Below, piece by piece: positions 1 through 11,877 of a stretch of DNA of 64,000 nt. Position numbers and translations under genes: made by a program. Position 1 is the first letter of the stretch. The number at the start of each line of letters is the position of its first letter. Location of the stretch: the NCBI GenBank assembly GCA_964016885.1, contig OZ024740.1:68324001-68388000 (forward strand), read 5' to 3'. The notes beneath the pieces are model-generated. The model was not told the origin of the DNA, did no database searches, and saw only the letters and a list, made by a program, of their open reading frames with translations. This DNA is from Eledone cirrhosa. Lineage: Eukaryota.

Positions 1-285
1 AGTTCTAACACCAGATAACACCTACCCCCCACTTTTACGATTAGACCTATCTTCCCACACTCACACACACACATACCTACACCTTCATGCTTTCTCCCAC
101 ACACATATACAGGCACGCATATAAAATTTAAAAAACACAACAAAAACATAAACAAACCCCTCTTAAAGGGAGACTACTCTTTACCCACCTAATTTTAATT
201 CTTTGATATTAAAGTTAGAACTCTATACTATTTCCGGTCAGCATGGCTTCATTGGAAATTTAGACGCTGGTCTGAGACTTTTACT

Positions 286-324
286 TCCCTCCGAAGAAGA
301 GATATTATCTCGAAAATTAAGGAC
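286..324 (+). ncRNA. Degenerate minimal type I hammerhead ribozyme-like motif in a Penelope-like terminus
   Basis: CCT-CCGAAGA-A-GAGAT(ATT)ATCTC-GAAA-ATT-A-AGG: stem II, palindromic AATT stem III and short stem I are present; core U4 is changed to C. Confidence 0.5.
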
Positions 325-435
325 ATTTAAATAAATTCAAGGTGAAAGACGAATTCTCATCAATATCTCTCACTATTGCATTCTTTTTCTATGTCCATAT
401 CTGCATTGTCTTGGCCTTATTACACATATTCTAAC

Positions 436-493
<58 letters not shown>

Positions 494-815
494 CGTAAAA
501 TAAGAAAATTTTTTAAAAAAATTAAAAAAAAATTAACTTACTTACTTAAATTTTCACTCCAACTAATTAGTTTCTGCAATGGGATAAAGACAGTTACGTA
601 ATGAACTGTTGAGAATTTCATTGCGTCATCAGGGAGATCTATTCTCAGACAAGTCTCCAGGCAATGCGCGGACACTGGGGACTCATATAAAAATAATAAT
701 AATTCGGTAAATGGAACAGCTATCGAGGACTGGATTCCAGGCACTGAAAATTCTCACTGCCACTGGTCATATGGCCGATTCTAAATTATCTAAATTATCT
801 AAATTATCTAAATTA

Positions 816-927
<112 letters not shown>

Positions 928-1263
928 TGATGCTTTCTCACTTACTTTTGCGGACGTCCGACGTTTTTTTCTCGTCCACACCAATCTCGAACTAATGTTC
1001 AGTAATTGATGCTGACTTTAACTTTTTCTCTCTCTTCGAGTGGCTCACAAACATGTGGTTCGGGTTTCCATCGTTGGTTTGTTGTTTCCCGTTTCTTTTT
1101 GCTGTTTTATTTTTCTCTCTCTTCCTTTTTTCCCAAATAACTTCCTTGATTTATTGACGCACTGGGGTGAGACATATTTTCTTTAATGCCTTGAAATGCC
1201 CATGACCCCCAGCAGACTACTGATGAAGGAAGATGTTCTCCCGTTCTTGTTTTACTCTCATGC

Positions 1264-1304
<41 letters not shown>

Positions 1305-1308
<4 letters not shown>

Positions 1309-2053
1309 AACCAGTAAGACCCCGACGACTGAGCTCAAGCCGTTTCGACGGCTAATTCTGGACTAAATGAAAATTTAACCTGGTATTTAAATAGCCGAGC
1401 TTCTCAAGGGGTTATTCCATATATGGTCAAAGTGATTGTCAAAAGTCAGTAGTAATTCTGTGATTGCAAATTAGTAGGGGAGATGGTGGCTAAAGCTGCC
1501 AGTAGGAGAAAAAGGGAGGGCGTGGAGTAGACCCAATCATGCGTCGGTAGTGCCAGCTACAGCTGAGCATGAGGTCAAAGAAGATACTGGGGAGGGGGAG
1601 GGGGAGGAAGTCGGGACGGTAGGTAGAACAATGAGGGGTAAAAATATATATATGAAAGAAAAAAATACTGAGAGTGATGAAAAGCGAATAAATGTAAAGA
1701 AAAAAGTAAAGCAAGTTCTACGACCTAAGCCTCTAGCTATTGTTAGGCTAGATAAATAAATAAAGAAAGAAAGAAATAAAGAAATAACGAAATAAGTAAA
1801 TAAACTAGGTGGGACGGAATAGGCAAGGACCCTTTTAAGAGGTATAAGTACGTAAATCATACGGTGACGGGTCAACAAATGGGGCCAAAAAGCTAAAGAA
1901 ACTACCACGAAATAAATAATAAAGGTTTCTAACCCGGGCACAATGCCAGCAACCACCCAGTGCAGCAAAGTAAACTAGTACGAGATAATAATTCTGAGTC
2001 CCGAAAAAAATATATACTAATGCTAACTCTAAAAGATCTTATACAAGCTACAT
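1305..2053 (-). repeat. Inverted copy (about 750 bp) of pseudo-LTR 3393-4157
   Basis: Direct reverse-complement match, e.g. ATACAAGCTACAT (2041-2053) vs ATGTAGCTTGTAT (3393-3405); the mirrored ORFs 1537..1968(-) and 3478..3714(+) translate almost identically. Confidence 0.95.
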
Positions 2054-2952
2054 CCTAGGAACATCACCAGCAACCTGGTCAAAATCATCTCCCTCCGCAT
2101 ATCCCGTTTGTCAGCTAATGAGCGGATATTCGATGAACATGCGCCTTATTACAACCAGGCCCTCAAGCGGAGTGGTTCCGGGAGGAAATATCCTACTGTA
2201 CAGCTCCCATTAGCGGAACCAGCAGGAGACACCGCCGCTCACGCAATGTAACATGGTTCAATCCTCCCCACAACGCAGAGGTGACAACTCCCATCGGGAA
2301 ACTATTCTTTAGGCTCATTGAAAAATACTTCCCACTACAACACCGCTACCACAAAATGATTAACAAAAATACCATCAAACTCTCTTACAGCACTACACCA
2401 AACTTCCTACAAAACATCGTCTCTTCTAACAACAAAAAACTCAACCCCGATGGCAGAAATAACCTAAATAGCCATGGAGAGCCGACCAGGAGGTGCAACT
2501 GTCCGGATAGATCCATTTGCCCACTCGACAATAGATGCAGAGACCGTAATGTGATCTACCAGTGCAACGTGAGGACGGACACCTCCAACAAAGCTTATAT
2601 AGGACTAACCGCATGTGACTTCAAGACCCGGCTATACCAACATAGACATACCTTCCGAAACCCGGCCCGGCGTCACGCCACTAGACCTTCGGGCCACATA
2701 TGGGACCTCAAGGACAACAACATCACCTATGATCTCACTTGGAGATTACTGTCCAGAGCCAATTCTTACACGGGAGGACGCCTTCCGTGCAATTTATGCT
2801 CGGAGGAAACTTTACAAATGCTGTTTTCGACGGACCAACTCCTAAACAAGAAAGATGAACTGGTTACTGCATGTAAACATAGATTGCGTAGGACTTACCT
2901 CGCCCTCAAACCCCATATTGTCCGGTGGAGGGGGGGTAGACTAAGGCTATAA
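2054..2952 (+). pseudogene. C-terminal part of a Penelope-like ORF: Cys-rich linker plus GIY-YIG endonuclease
   Basis: WFNPP, IKLSYS, CNC...CPLDNRC, VIYQC...YIGLT...FKTRLYQH, CNLCSEE...LLNK..E motifs typical of PLE endonucleases; RT part missing, frameshift near 2180. Confidence 0.85.
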
Positions 2953-4302
2953 CACCCCAAATGCCGATTTTGCAATGGATAAGCCCTGCTTGCCAAAGGA
3001 GACGTAAGATCTTTTTATTCTTTTATTGCTTCCTTTATTTCCTTCTACCCCCATCCCTCCTTAGTCCTTCTACGCCAGTTCTTTTTTTTTGTCGGCGTCT
3101 TTTCTCGCCCACCCGAGGCTGCCCTTTGGCCCCTTGTAGCCTCAGTACCCCCACCCCTCCCCTAGTCTATGATAGATTTGGCAGACTCCGCTTTTTATAG
3201 CAGTTGTGTTAGACCTCGGATGCTTGCCCCCTTTTTCCGACCACTCCCACTATTTTCCGTGCCTTCTATATTTCTTAGTGGCACTTATGCCTTATTTTCT
3301 CGTTTCAGTATTTCTTTCTCCTCTTTTCTTTTGGGCGGGGTGGATTCTGAATTTATTTTTCCGTATTCTACCTTTACTTCGTACGAACATTCATGTAGCT
3401 TGTATAAGATCTTTTAGAGTTAGCATTAGTATATATTTTTTTCGGAACACAGAATTATTATCTCGTACTAGTTTACTTTGCTGCACTGGGTGGTTGCTGG
3501 CATTGTACCCGAGATAGAAACCTTTATTATTTATTTCGTGGTAGTTTCTTTAGCTTTTTGGCCTCATTTGTTGACCCGTCACCGTATGATTTACGTACTT
3601 ATACCTCTTAAAAGGGTCCTTGCCTATTCCGTCCCACCTAGTTTATTTACTTATTTCGTTATTTCTTTATTTCTTTCTTTATTTCTTTCTTTCTTTATTT
3701 ATTTATTTATCTAGCCTAACAATAGCTAGAGATTTAGGTCGTAGAACTTGCTTTACTTTTTTCTTTACACTTATTCGCTTTTCATCACTCTCAGTATTTT
3801 TTCTTTCATATATATATTTTTACCCCTCATTGTTCTACCTACCGTCCCGACTTCCTCCCCCTCCCCCTCCCCAGTATCTTCTTTGACCTCATGCCCAGCT
3901 GTAGCTGGCACTACCGACGCATGATTGGGTCTACTCCACCCCCTCCCTTTTTCTCCTACTGGCAGCTTTAGCCACCATCTCCCCTACTAATTTGCAATCA
4001 CAGAATTACTACTGACTTTTGACAATCACTTTGACCATATATGGAATTACCCCTTGAGAAGCTCGGCTATTCAAATACCAGGTTAAATTTTCATTTAGTC
4101 CAGAATTAGCCGTCGAAACGGCTTGAGTTCAGCCGTCTGGGTCTTATTGGTTCCTATTACCCACTCTACTACCCTAAGTATTGAGTACTTTGGTGCGTTA
4201 AGGTCCACCTGGTTCCTTACTACATTTCCTTCGTTATATATATATATATATATATATAATACGATATTAAATAAATGGAAACTACATTTATAAAACCATA
4301 TT

Positions 4303-4368
4303 TACTTCATTATATATATTTCAGGGATATCATATTAAAAATATGGTATGCCCTCTTCAGACAAAATA
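4303..4368 (-). ncRNA. Hammerhead-like motif with long stem II
   Basis: Minus strand TATTTTGT-CTGAAGA-GGGCATACCATATT(TTT)AATATGATATCCCT-GAAA-TATATA-TA-ATGAAGTA; the downstream flank is homologous to the flank of 52302-52356. Confidence 0.6.
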
Positions 4369-4699
4369 CAATATATAAACAGTTTTATAAATAAATTTGA
4401 CATACCTTAAACTTTACAACTTCCATAAAATCCTGGTTTGTTTATTGAATTTGGATTTTAAAAAACAAAAATGCAATCTATATGAAAGTGGGGCTGGAGA
4501 AGGGAGAAGGAAAGGGAAAATAAAATAAAACTACACATGCAAACACACACACACAAAAAAACACAAAAGCATACTTACACGCACATACATATATACATAT
4601 GTATATGTACGCATACATATATACACATACACATATATATAAAACGTACACTTACATACACATACACATATATACACATATACACATACATACATTCAT

Positions 4700-4752
<53 letters not shown>

Positions 4753-4814
4753 TACACACACACACACACACACACATACAAACACACATATATATATGTA
4801 TATATATATATATA

Positions 4815-4950
4815 TTGGTAAACGGAATAGAAAATGCTGACAAATTGTTCACGGTTGAAAAATGGTTTAATTAGGAATAATTAATTATTCCTAATTAAAC
4901 CATTTTTCAACTGTGAACAATTTGTCAGCATTTTCTATACCGTTTACCAA
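4815..4950. repeat. Fold-back palindrome, 68-bp arms, no spacer, within (TA)n
   Basis: Arms are reverse complements with two mismatches; centre TT|AA at 4882/4883. Confidence 0.95.
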
Positions 4951-4985
4951 TATATAATAACTTGTGTGTTACACCTCTATTCTTT

Positions 4986-5068
<83 letters not shown>

Positions 5069-5673
5069 ACATACACACACATACACATGTGTGTGTACAC
5101 GCATACACATACACAAACATAGCCATACACACACACATATACATACATACATTCACACAAACATACAAAACGTACATACATACACATACATGAATGCACT
5201 CCTCTACATATTCACACACGCAAATAAATATAAGAAAAAAAATATATATATATATTAAAAAATTTTTGACACCGTTACATGAACCAGCTAACAGGACAGA
5301 CACGCGTGGTAAATATTACACACAAAAGCACGTATACATACGTACGAAATAATAAACACATACACACACTCTCACACATAAACATACATATACAAATACA
5401 TAAACACATACATACACATTCATACACAAACACGCACACGTATACAATATATACACACACACACATGTATATGTAATTATATACACACACACATATATAT
5501 ATATATATATACAAAAATATAAACGCACACACACACATATACGTATACATACACACACATACATAGCTAAACAATTATACACATGCAAATACGTATATAT
5601 AATAAACACGCACAACCAAATAGAAACACACACACACATACATATATATAAATACACACACATACATACGTAC

Positions 5674-5769
<96 letters not shown>

Positions 5770-5893
5770 GCATACACATACACCCACACATATACATGTG
5801 TGTATGTGTAAAACTCAGTCTTAGATAAGACAAATGAACCTTACATAAACGTATATATAGTAGTAAAGTAATAAAGCAACATAAGGCAATTAT

Positions 5894-5952
5894 TCCATTC
5901 ACCAGTGGTTTCTTAAACGCAAAAAAATGTTTCCTTCAATCTTCAGAATGAA
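5894..5952 (-). ncRNA. Degenerate hammerhead-like motif
   Basis: TTCATT-CTGAAGA-TTGAA...TTTAA-GAAA-CCACTGGT-G-AATGGA; stems I-III are present but the cleavage triplet is GUG (disfavoured). Confidence 0.4.
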
Positions 5953-6056
5953 AAAAACCTGGTTTATCCACATATACATACATATACACACACAAATATA
6001 CATATATATACACATACACATACACACACATACGTATATATATATATATATATATA

Positions 6057-6094
<38 letters not shown>

Positions 6095-6285
6095 CAAAAA
6101 TACATACACATACACATAGGTATGTGAAGGGCAAAACAAAAAGAATATATGGGGGGGGGGGGGCATAAGAGGAGGTAAAATATAAGGGGAGGTAAGGGAG
6201 AACAAATTTAGTAAATATACAAGAGTACAGAACGTAGAATCAGCAAAATAAAAACCGCAGCAGAAGTAAAGAGCAGAGAGGGAGT

Positions 6286-6450
6286 TCAAGGCGGTTGATT
6301 TATCATAGGAGTGTCAATCCAGTTACAGATCAGATGCGATTTCAAATGAGGCCAGCATCTGAAGATCTCAGTCTTTGAGTTAAGGCAAGCGGAAGTGGCT
6401 CTCAAGTTTAGCAAAATCCTATACTTTTCTGTGGTACACAAAGAACAATT

Positions 6451-6455
<5 letters not shown>
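6286..6455 (-). pseudogene. Extreme C-terminus of a second Penelope-like GIY-YIG ORF
   Basis: CSLCTTEKYRIL...LNSKTEIFRCWPH parallels CNLCSEE...LLNKKDELVTACKH in the 2281 ORF; truncated at a (TA)n tract. Confidence 0.7.
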
Positions 6456-6495
<40 letters not shown>

Positions 6496-7171
6496 TAATT
6501 CCAGGTTACGATTTCTCACGAATTAAACATTTCTAGTCCTGTAGAAGATTTTCTTTATCACTCCCCCCCCCTACACACACACATATATACACCCACATCC
6601 ACACATACACACACACACTCATAAACACCCACACACATCCTGCGGCTACCACTCACGTACGATTACTTTCCCTTCCTTTTACATACGGCCAACATTCTCT
6701 TACTAATTTGGATGTATCAATCTGTATACGAAAACCCAACTCGGGCCTTACTAGAAACGAAAACACATCCCATCCTATTTGTACACAAATCCACGTATAC
6801 ACCAATGCATGCAACCACACTATATACACTAATAACCATACATAGTTATACGCGCACACACACAAACCGAAGAGTGTATACAGTGGTACGTGTGTATCCG
6901 AACCTACATATATACACTTTACATAGACACACTCCCACAAACAACACACTTAAAACCTCATACGCTCACAGACAGCTTAATCTGCACCCACGCACACATA
7001 ACCACCAATTACACTTTTGCACCGTTCAATTCTATCCCGACACTGACACACCGCCCCCCCCCCCCCCGCACTCCATCACCCCCACACACACACATACACA
7101 CACATCACACCTCCTCATTACCCCAAACCTTTATATTTTCTTCGTGTTTTTTCACAACTGTGACCGCTGTT

Positions 7172-7210
7172 TTGTTTTCTGAGGAAGGGCAATGCCCGAT
7201 ACGTTGACTA
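7172..7210 (+). ncRNA. Degenerate minimal hammerhead-like motif
   Basis: CTGAGGA-A-GGGC(AAT)GCCC-GATA-CGTT; GAAA is mutated to GATA. Confidence 0.5.
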
Positions 7211-7254
7211 TACAACTCACGCTCTTTCTTTTAAGCCTGAAACTAATAGGATTT

Positions 7255-7442
7255 TGTGGATTGGCAGTAACAGTAGAGGGTCGGACGCCATGCTTTGACG
7301 CAAAGAGTTACGTCCCTTTACGATCTGAGCTCAAATCCCGCCGAGGTTAACTTTGCCTTTCGTCCTTACGGGGTCGATAAAATAAAGTACCAGTAATGTA
7401 CTGGATAATTTCTGGCCTTGTGCAAAAAGTAGAAACAATTAT
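7255..7442 (+). mobile_element. tRNA-derived SINE (family S1)
   Basis: B-box-like GAGCTCAAATCC, central GCCTTTC.TCCTTACGGGGTCGATAAAATAAAGTACCAG, 3' end GGCCTTGTGC...GTAGAAACAATTA; homologues at 8120, 21411 and 47302. Confidence 0.8.
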
Positions 7443-7465
7443 ATATATATAACGAATATATACAT

Positions 7466-7592
7466 AACGAAGGAAGTGTGGTAAGGAACCAGGTGGACAT
7501 AAGGCAGCAGAGTGTTACCCACTCTACTACCCAAAGTATCGAGTACTCTGGTGCGTTATGGGCCACCTGGTTCCTTACCACACTTCCTTCGT

Positions 7593-7593
<1 letters not shown>
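7466..7593. mobile_element. Miniature fold-back derivative of the Penelope-like 3' tail
   Basis: AACGAAGGAAGTGTGGTAAGGAACCAGGTGG ... CCACCTGGTTCCTTACCACACTTCCTTCGTT; 7515-7593 is homologous to 4157-4235; TA-rich flanks. Confidence 0.8.
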
Positions 7594-7625
<32 letters not shown>

Positions 7626-8119
7626 ATATATATATTGTGGTTATCACTGCTGATTTTTATTTACTTTTGAGCCTAGCAAGTCCTTAGAACCTTTAAATAA
7701 ATACATTGGTTTTTACTGATAACACAAAGTCTTTCTTCTTCAAATCAAATACTTGAGTTTTTATTTCCAGCTTAGTTTTCGTAGTATTGCATGTTTTTCC
7801 CTGCTTGGTTCCATAAGCGCGGATTCGCTAATTCCACCCTATTACGAAAGAAGTCAAACCAAAACAAAGTTCAAATTTTTCGATAAAATTCATTATCTTT
7901 TTGTTGTGAAAAGTAATCAAATAAAATAAACCTGTCTTGTAAAATACGTTTGCTCGATTCAAACAATCAACTAAACATAATATCCAATTTCTGGGAAATC
8001 TTTGCAAAAGAATAAATTGACGTAACCGAGTGGGCAAATGTGACAGGAAATGTAAACACATCCACAATCAAAGATATATAAAACAATAACGACATTAGCA
8101 ACAACGCGTATAATAATAT

Positions 8120-8307
8120 AATTGTTTCTACTTTTGGCACAGGCCAGCAATTACCCAGTACATTACTGGTACTTTATCTTATCGACTCCGTCAGGATGAA
8201 ACGCGATGTTAACCTCGACTGGATTTAAACTCAGTCCGTAAAGGGACATATATATGGTAGAAAGCATGGCGTCCAACCAACTACCGATACTGCCAATTCA
8301 CTACGCG
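8120..8307 (-). mobile_element. SINE family S1 copy
   Basis: Reverse complement of 7255-7442 along its length (ATTGTTTCTAC...TTATCGAC...ACTGCCAAT). Confidence 0.8.
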
Positions 8308-8782
8308 TATAATAATATAATAAGTTAAAGATAGACATTGTACGAATGTGGTTATTATCAACTAACTGCATCAATGTTGTACCAGTCCAGCTGTCATCGG
8401 AGATATGGGTTCAAAACCATTAACATTGGAAATTATATAGTTAAAAAATATCTTAAACTAGAAGTTGTTTTCCTATAAAAGACTGATCTGTTGAGCACTG
8501 TGCATATATTTACGAAATTTTTGTCCAATCAATTTAATTATTTATAATATTTGCACCTACCCTGAAATTAGGGAAACGGTGAAGAAGATTATGTCAACCT
8601 AGTGGTTTTCATCGACCACGGATGGATGAAAGGCAAAGTTGACAAAGGCAGGACTTAGTCTCAGCGCATTGAATCACCCACCTTGTACGAGAACTTTCAT
8701 GTTGTGTGTGTTTACATTTGTACATACATAAATATAATCTGGTGATCAGGCAATTGGGAAAATCATCGTCAGAATCAAAAAA

Positions 8783-8846
<64 letters not shown>

Positions 8847-9174
8847 TTAAAATATATGATAAACACGAAATGTGTTTATATTGCAACAGACAAAGTTAGC
8901 TATTAATGAAATAAACTAATTAAAGTGAATACAATTTGTCTGTCTCGATATAAGTCAATAAAGACAAGCTTATATTGGCAACGGCCATGACCTGGATATA
9001 TTTAAATTTCAAAATTCAAACCTGTTCTGTAGACGAATTTGAACTTCGAATTTTTTTACAAAATGAAAAATAGCCGAGGTGTCCTACACGAGTGAAAGTA
9101 TAAAGAAAAAGAGATGAAATCGAATATGCAACTGGAGTCTTATTTTTTTTTTAAATATATATATTTATTTGGTT

Positions 9175-9212
9175 CCTTTACCGGTTTCGCAGTTCTTCTG
9201 CTTTTCAAAAGG
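9175..9212 (-). ncRNA. Identical hammerhead copy on the opposite arm
   Basis: Exact reverse complement of 9288-9325. Confidence 0.75.
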
Positions 9213-9287
9213 TGAGTTGAGATGGAGGGTATGTGGTTTTTCTCACATCTGATGTGAGAAAAACCATAGACCCTCCATCTCAACTCA

Positions 9288-9325
9288 CCTTTTGAAAAGC
9301 AGAAGAACTGCGAAACCGGTAAAGG
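9288..9325 (+). ncRNA. Minimal type I hammerhead ribozyme, U3-A8 core variant
   Basis: CCTT-TTGAAAA-GCAG(AAGAA)CTGC-GAAA-CCGG-TA-AAGG: perfect stems I and II, palindromic ACCGGU stem III, GUA triplet. Confidence 0.75.
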
Positions 9326-9392
9326 AACCAAATAAATATATATATTTTTTTTTAAAATAAGACTCCAGTTGCATTTTTGATTTCATCTCTTT

Positions 9393-9476
<84 letters not shown>

Positions 9477-9479
<3 letters not shown>

Positions 9480-9745
9480 ATTATAAGATGGTTAAAAGAG
9501 TTCCATGTATTTTATTATGCGCATTTCAAAAACAAATATCATCATACAATAACATTTGCGTTTTCGTCAGATAAAATAGGGAGACATGATATGAAAGTTA
9601 AAACACTTGTGAATAGTGTTTTAACCTTCATATCATGTCTCCCTATTTTATCTAACGAAAACGCAAATGTTATTGCATGATGATATTTGTTTTTGAAATG
9701 CGCATAATAAAATACATGGAACTCTTTTAACGATCTTTTGATCTT
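9477..9745. repeat. Fold-back palindrome, about 130-bp arms, flanked by TA repeats
   Basis: Arms are reverse complements around AAACACT-TGTGAAT-AGTGTTT (about 9611) with few mismatches. Confidence 0.95.
9508..9578 (-). ncRNA. Type I hammerhead ribozyme with long stem II, intact core
   Basis: TATTTTAT-CTGACGA-[about 16-bp stem II]-GAAA-TGCGCA-TA-ATAAAATA; 8-bp stem I; the mirror copy 9644-9714(+) has CTAACGA. Confidence 0.75.
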
Positions 9746-9840
9746 ATATATTATTATTTATACTCCAGTCCTACAAACTGTAGAGTGCCATTTATCCGAT
9801 ATCTGCATTGCTTTATTGTAATACAATAAAACTCACCTCC

Positions 9841-9950
<110 letters not shown>

Positions 9951-10050
9951 AGTATGTATGTATGTATAACGTAAACAGAAATAACAACACAATCGGTACA
10001 GTATATTGAGGGGATATATTAGGTTAACGCTTGATATAGCAAGCAGATGG

Positions 10051-10086
10051 TCTTAACGTTTCGGACGCCATTCCTTCATCAGAAGA
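10051..10086 (-). ncRNA. Canonical minimal Penelope-type hammerhead ribozyme
   Basis: TCTT-CTGATGA-A-GGA(ATGGCG)TCC-GAAA-CG-TT-AAGA; ACGU palindrome at stem III; stem I TCTT/AAGA. Confidence 0.8.
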
Positions 10087-10172
10087 AAGAATGATAAATA
10101 AGATAGATTGAGGGAACGGGCGGGATGGAATTGGAAAAAATGTATTATATATATACACACACATAGACATAC

Positions 10173-10277
<105 letters not shown>

Positions 10278-10348
10278 TTATAATATATTTGATATATATT
10301 TATCCTTATCGAGTCTCTTTGGATTTTAGTATTCGCATTTATTATTAT

Positions 10349-10516
<168 letters not shown>

Positions 10517-10933
10517 ATATATACATTGTGTTTTCTATGTGCTCGTGAACACGTGTAAGATCGTGCGTGTGGTCAATTTCTTGGCTTTGATGCTGCTTTC
10601 AACTTGAGAATGTATTCTGATTGTTTTTAACTTAGAGGCACAACATATTTTCTCCTCGGCACATCACATCACATTTGAATCAGATGAATGTCAGTTGATC
10701 CTATTGCAAAGCTGACTGAAGACAATGCTAACTTTTTAAGCCAGTCTTGTCCATAACATTGTACTATGGTGTATTCACAAGCAGTATATTCATGACACAC
10801 GAGGTTAGAATTGAAAACGCATTGTGATATATGAAAGAAACCCTAATTTTGGAATCAAGTCACCACATCACAGTTTGAAGCAATCACTATAACTTGCTAT
10901 TTATTGTTTCGAATTCTTAGGTACTTTACATAC

Positions 10934-11024
10934 CGTTTACCTTCTGGACATAAAGCAAGACAAGTATCGTAATTAGAAAAGCGATTTGAAGTATCCATCT
11001 TGAGTTTACAGCAGTATCCTTCAT
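10934..11024 (-). CDS. Candidate first coding exon encoding a signal-peptide-like sequence
   Basis: MKDTAVNSRWILQIAFLITILVLLYVQKVN followed by a phase-1 donor G|GTATGT; no partner exon established. Confidence 0.25.
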
Positions 11025-11220
11025 TACAAGAAGTTGAAGCAAGTACAGTTTATGCCTTTACAAATGGTTAATAAAAAGTGGATGAAATGTGATTTGACAC
11101 AACTAGATTCGTTTTGCTTGAAATTTGTATATCTCACATCATTGATTGACTGTAGTACGCACACACATGCACATACACACACATGTATATATATATATAC
11201 ATGTAGAAAAATATATATAT

Positions 11221-11267
<47 letters not shown>

Positions 11268-11877
11268 ATAATAATAAATTTGAAGACTAAAATCCAAAGA
11301 GGGCTCGATTCTTTGCTTAAGCAGCGGTTCTTTGCTTAAACTTTAATCTGTTATTTTAATAAATATATATATATATATATATACAATATGATTGTGCATA
11401 TGTGTGGATACGCGCGCATCTGTATCGCAATTACAGCTTATATGAGTCATTTTAACCATATAATCTCACACAAAACTATTAACATTTCTACGTATTTATC
11501 CTGATGTTACTATGTCCAAATTTTCGTCGCACTGTCCGCATAATTGTCACTACCATATTATCAGTGCAACTGATTTGTTTCAGTTGAAATGTGTCAGCGA
11601 CCAGGTCACAGGCAGTTGGACGAAAATATTAGCACTCAGATATTAAACAGATAAATATAAAGTAATTAAAAAGTTTGGAACTTTTTAAATGGCTAAACTG
11701 ATCCACTCATGCATTGATTTCAACAGACGATATGATATAAATTCACTTCCCAGAGATGTGCAATACCAGAACGTAGAGGGGAAGATCTTTTAAAATGTAT
11801 TAGGCTGTTCCATCTCTTAAAATAATTGAAAAAAGTACACAGTATTTTTTTCTATTTAATCATTTTAATTAATTACT

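Larger units (their letters stand above)
1305..4235 (+). mobile_element. 5'-truncated Penelope-like retroelement with an inverted pseudo-LTR at its 5' side, inserted in (TA)n
   Basis: GIY-YIG-type ORF at 2281-2952; 1305-2053 is a near-perfect reverse complement of 3393-4157; both ends abut (TA)n. Confidence 0.85.
9104..9396. repeat. Fold-back palindrome, about 146-bp arms, one hammerhead per arm
   Basis: Centre TCTCACATC-T-GATGTGAGA at 9250; right end abuts (TA)n. Confidence 0.95.

Noticed and set aside
538-744. Exon-like ORF with acceptor TTTTCAG and donor GTAAGT
   Set aside because: No recognisable protein, and it contains a decayed hammerhead-like motif (CTGATGA-stem-GTAA), so it is more likely a PLE terminus. 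Not fully excluded.
4157-4235. Twister or pistol ribozyme in the Penelope-like tail
   Set aside because: Only partial resemblance (a pseudoknot); the conserved catalytic segments of either class could not be placed on either strand.
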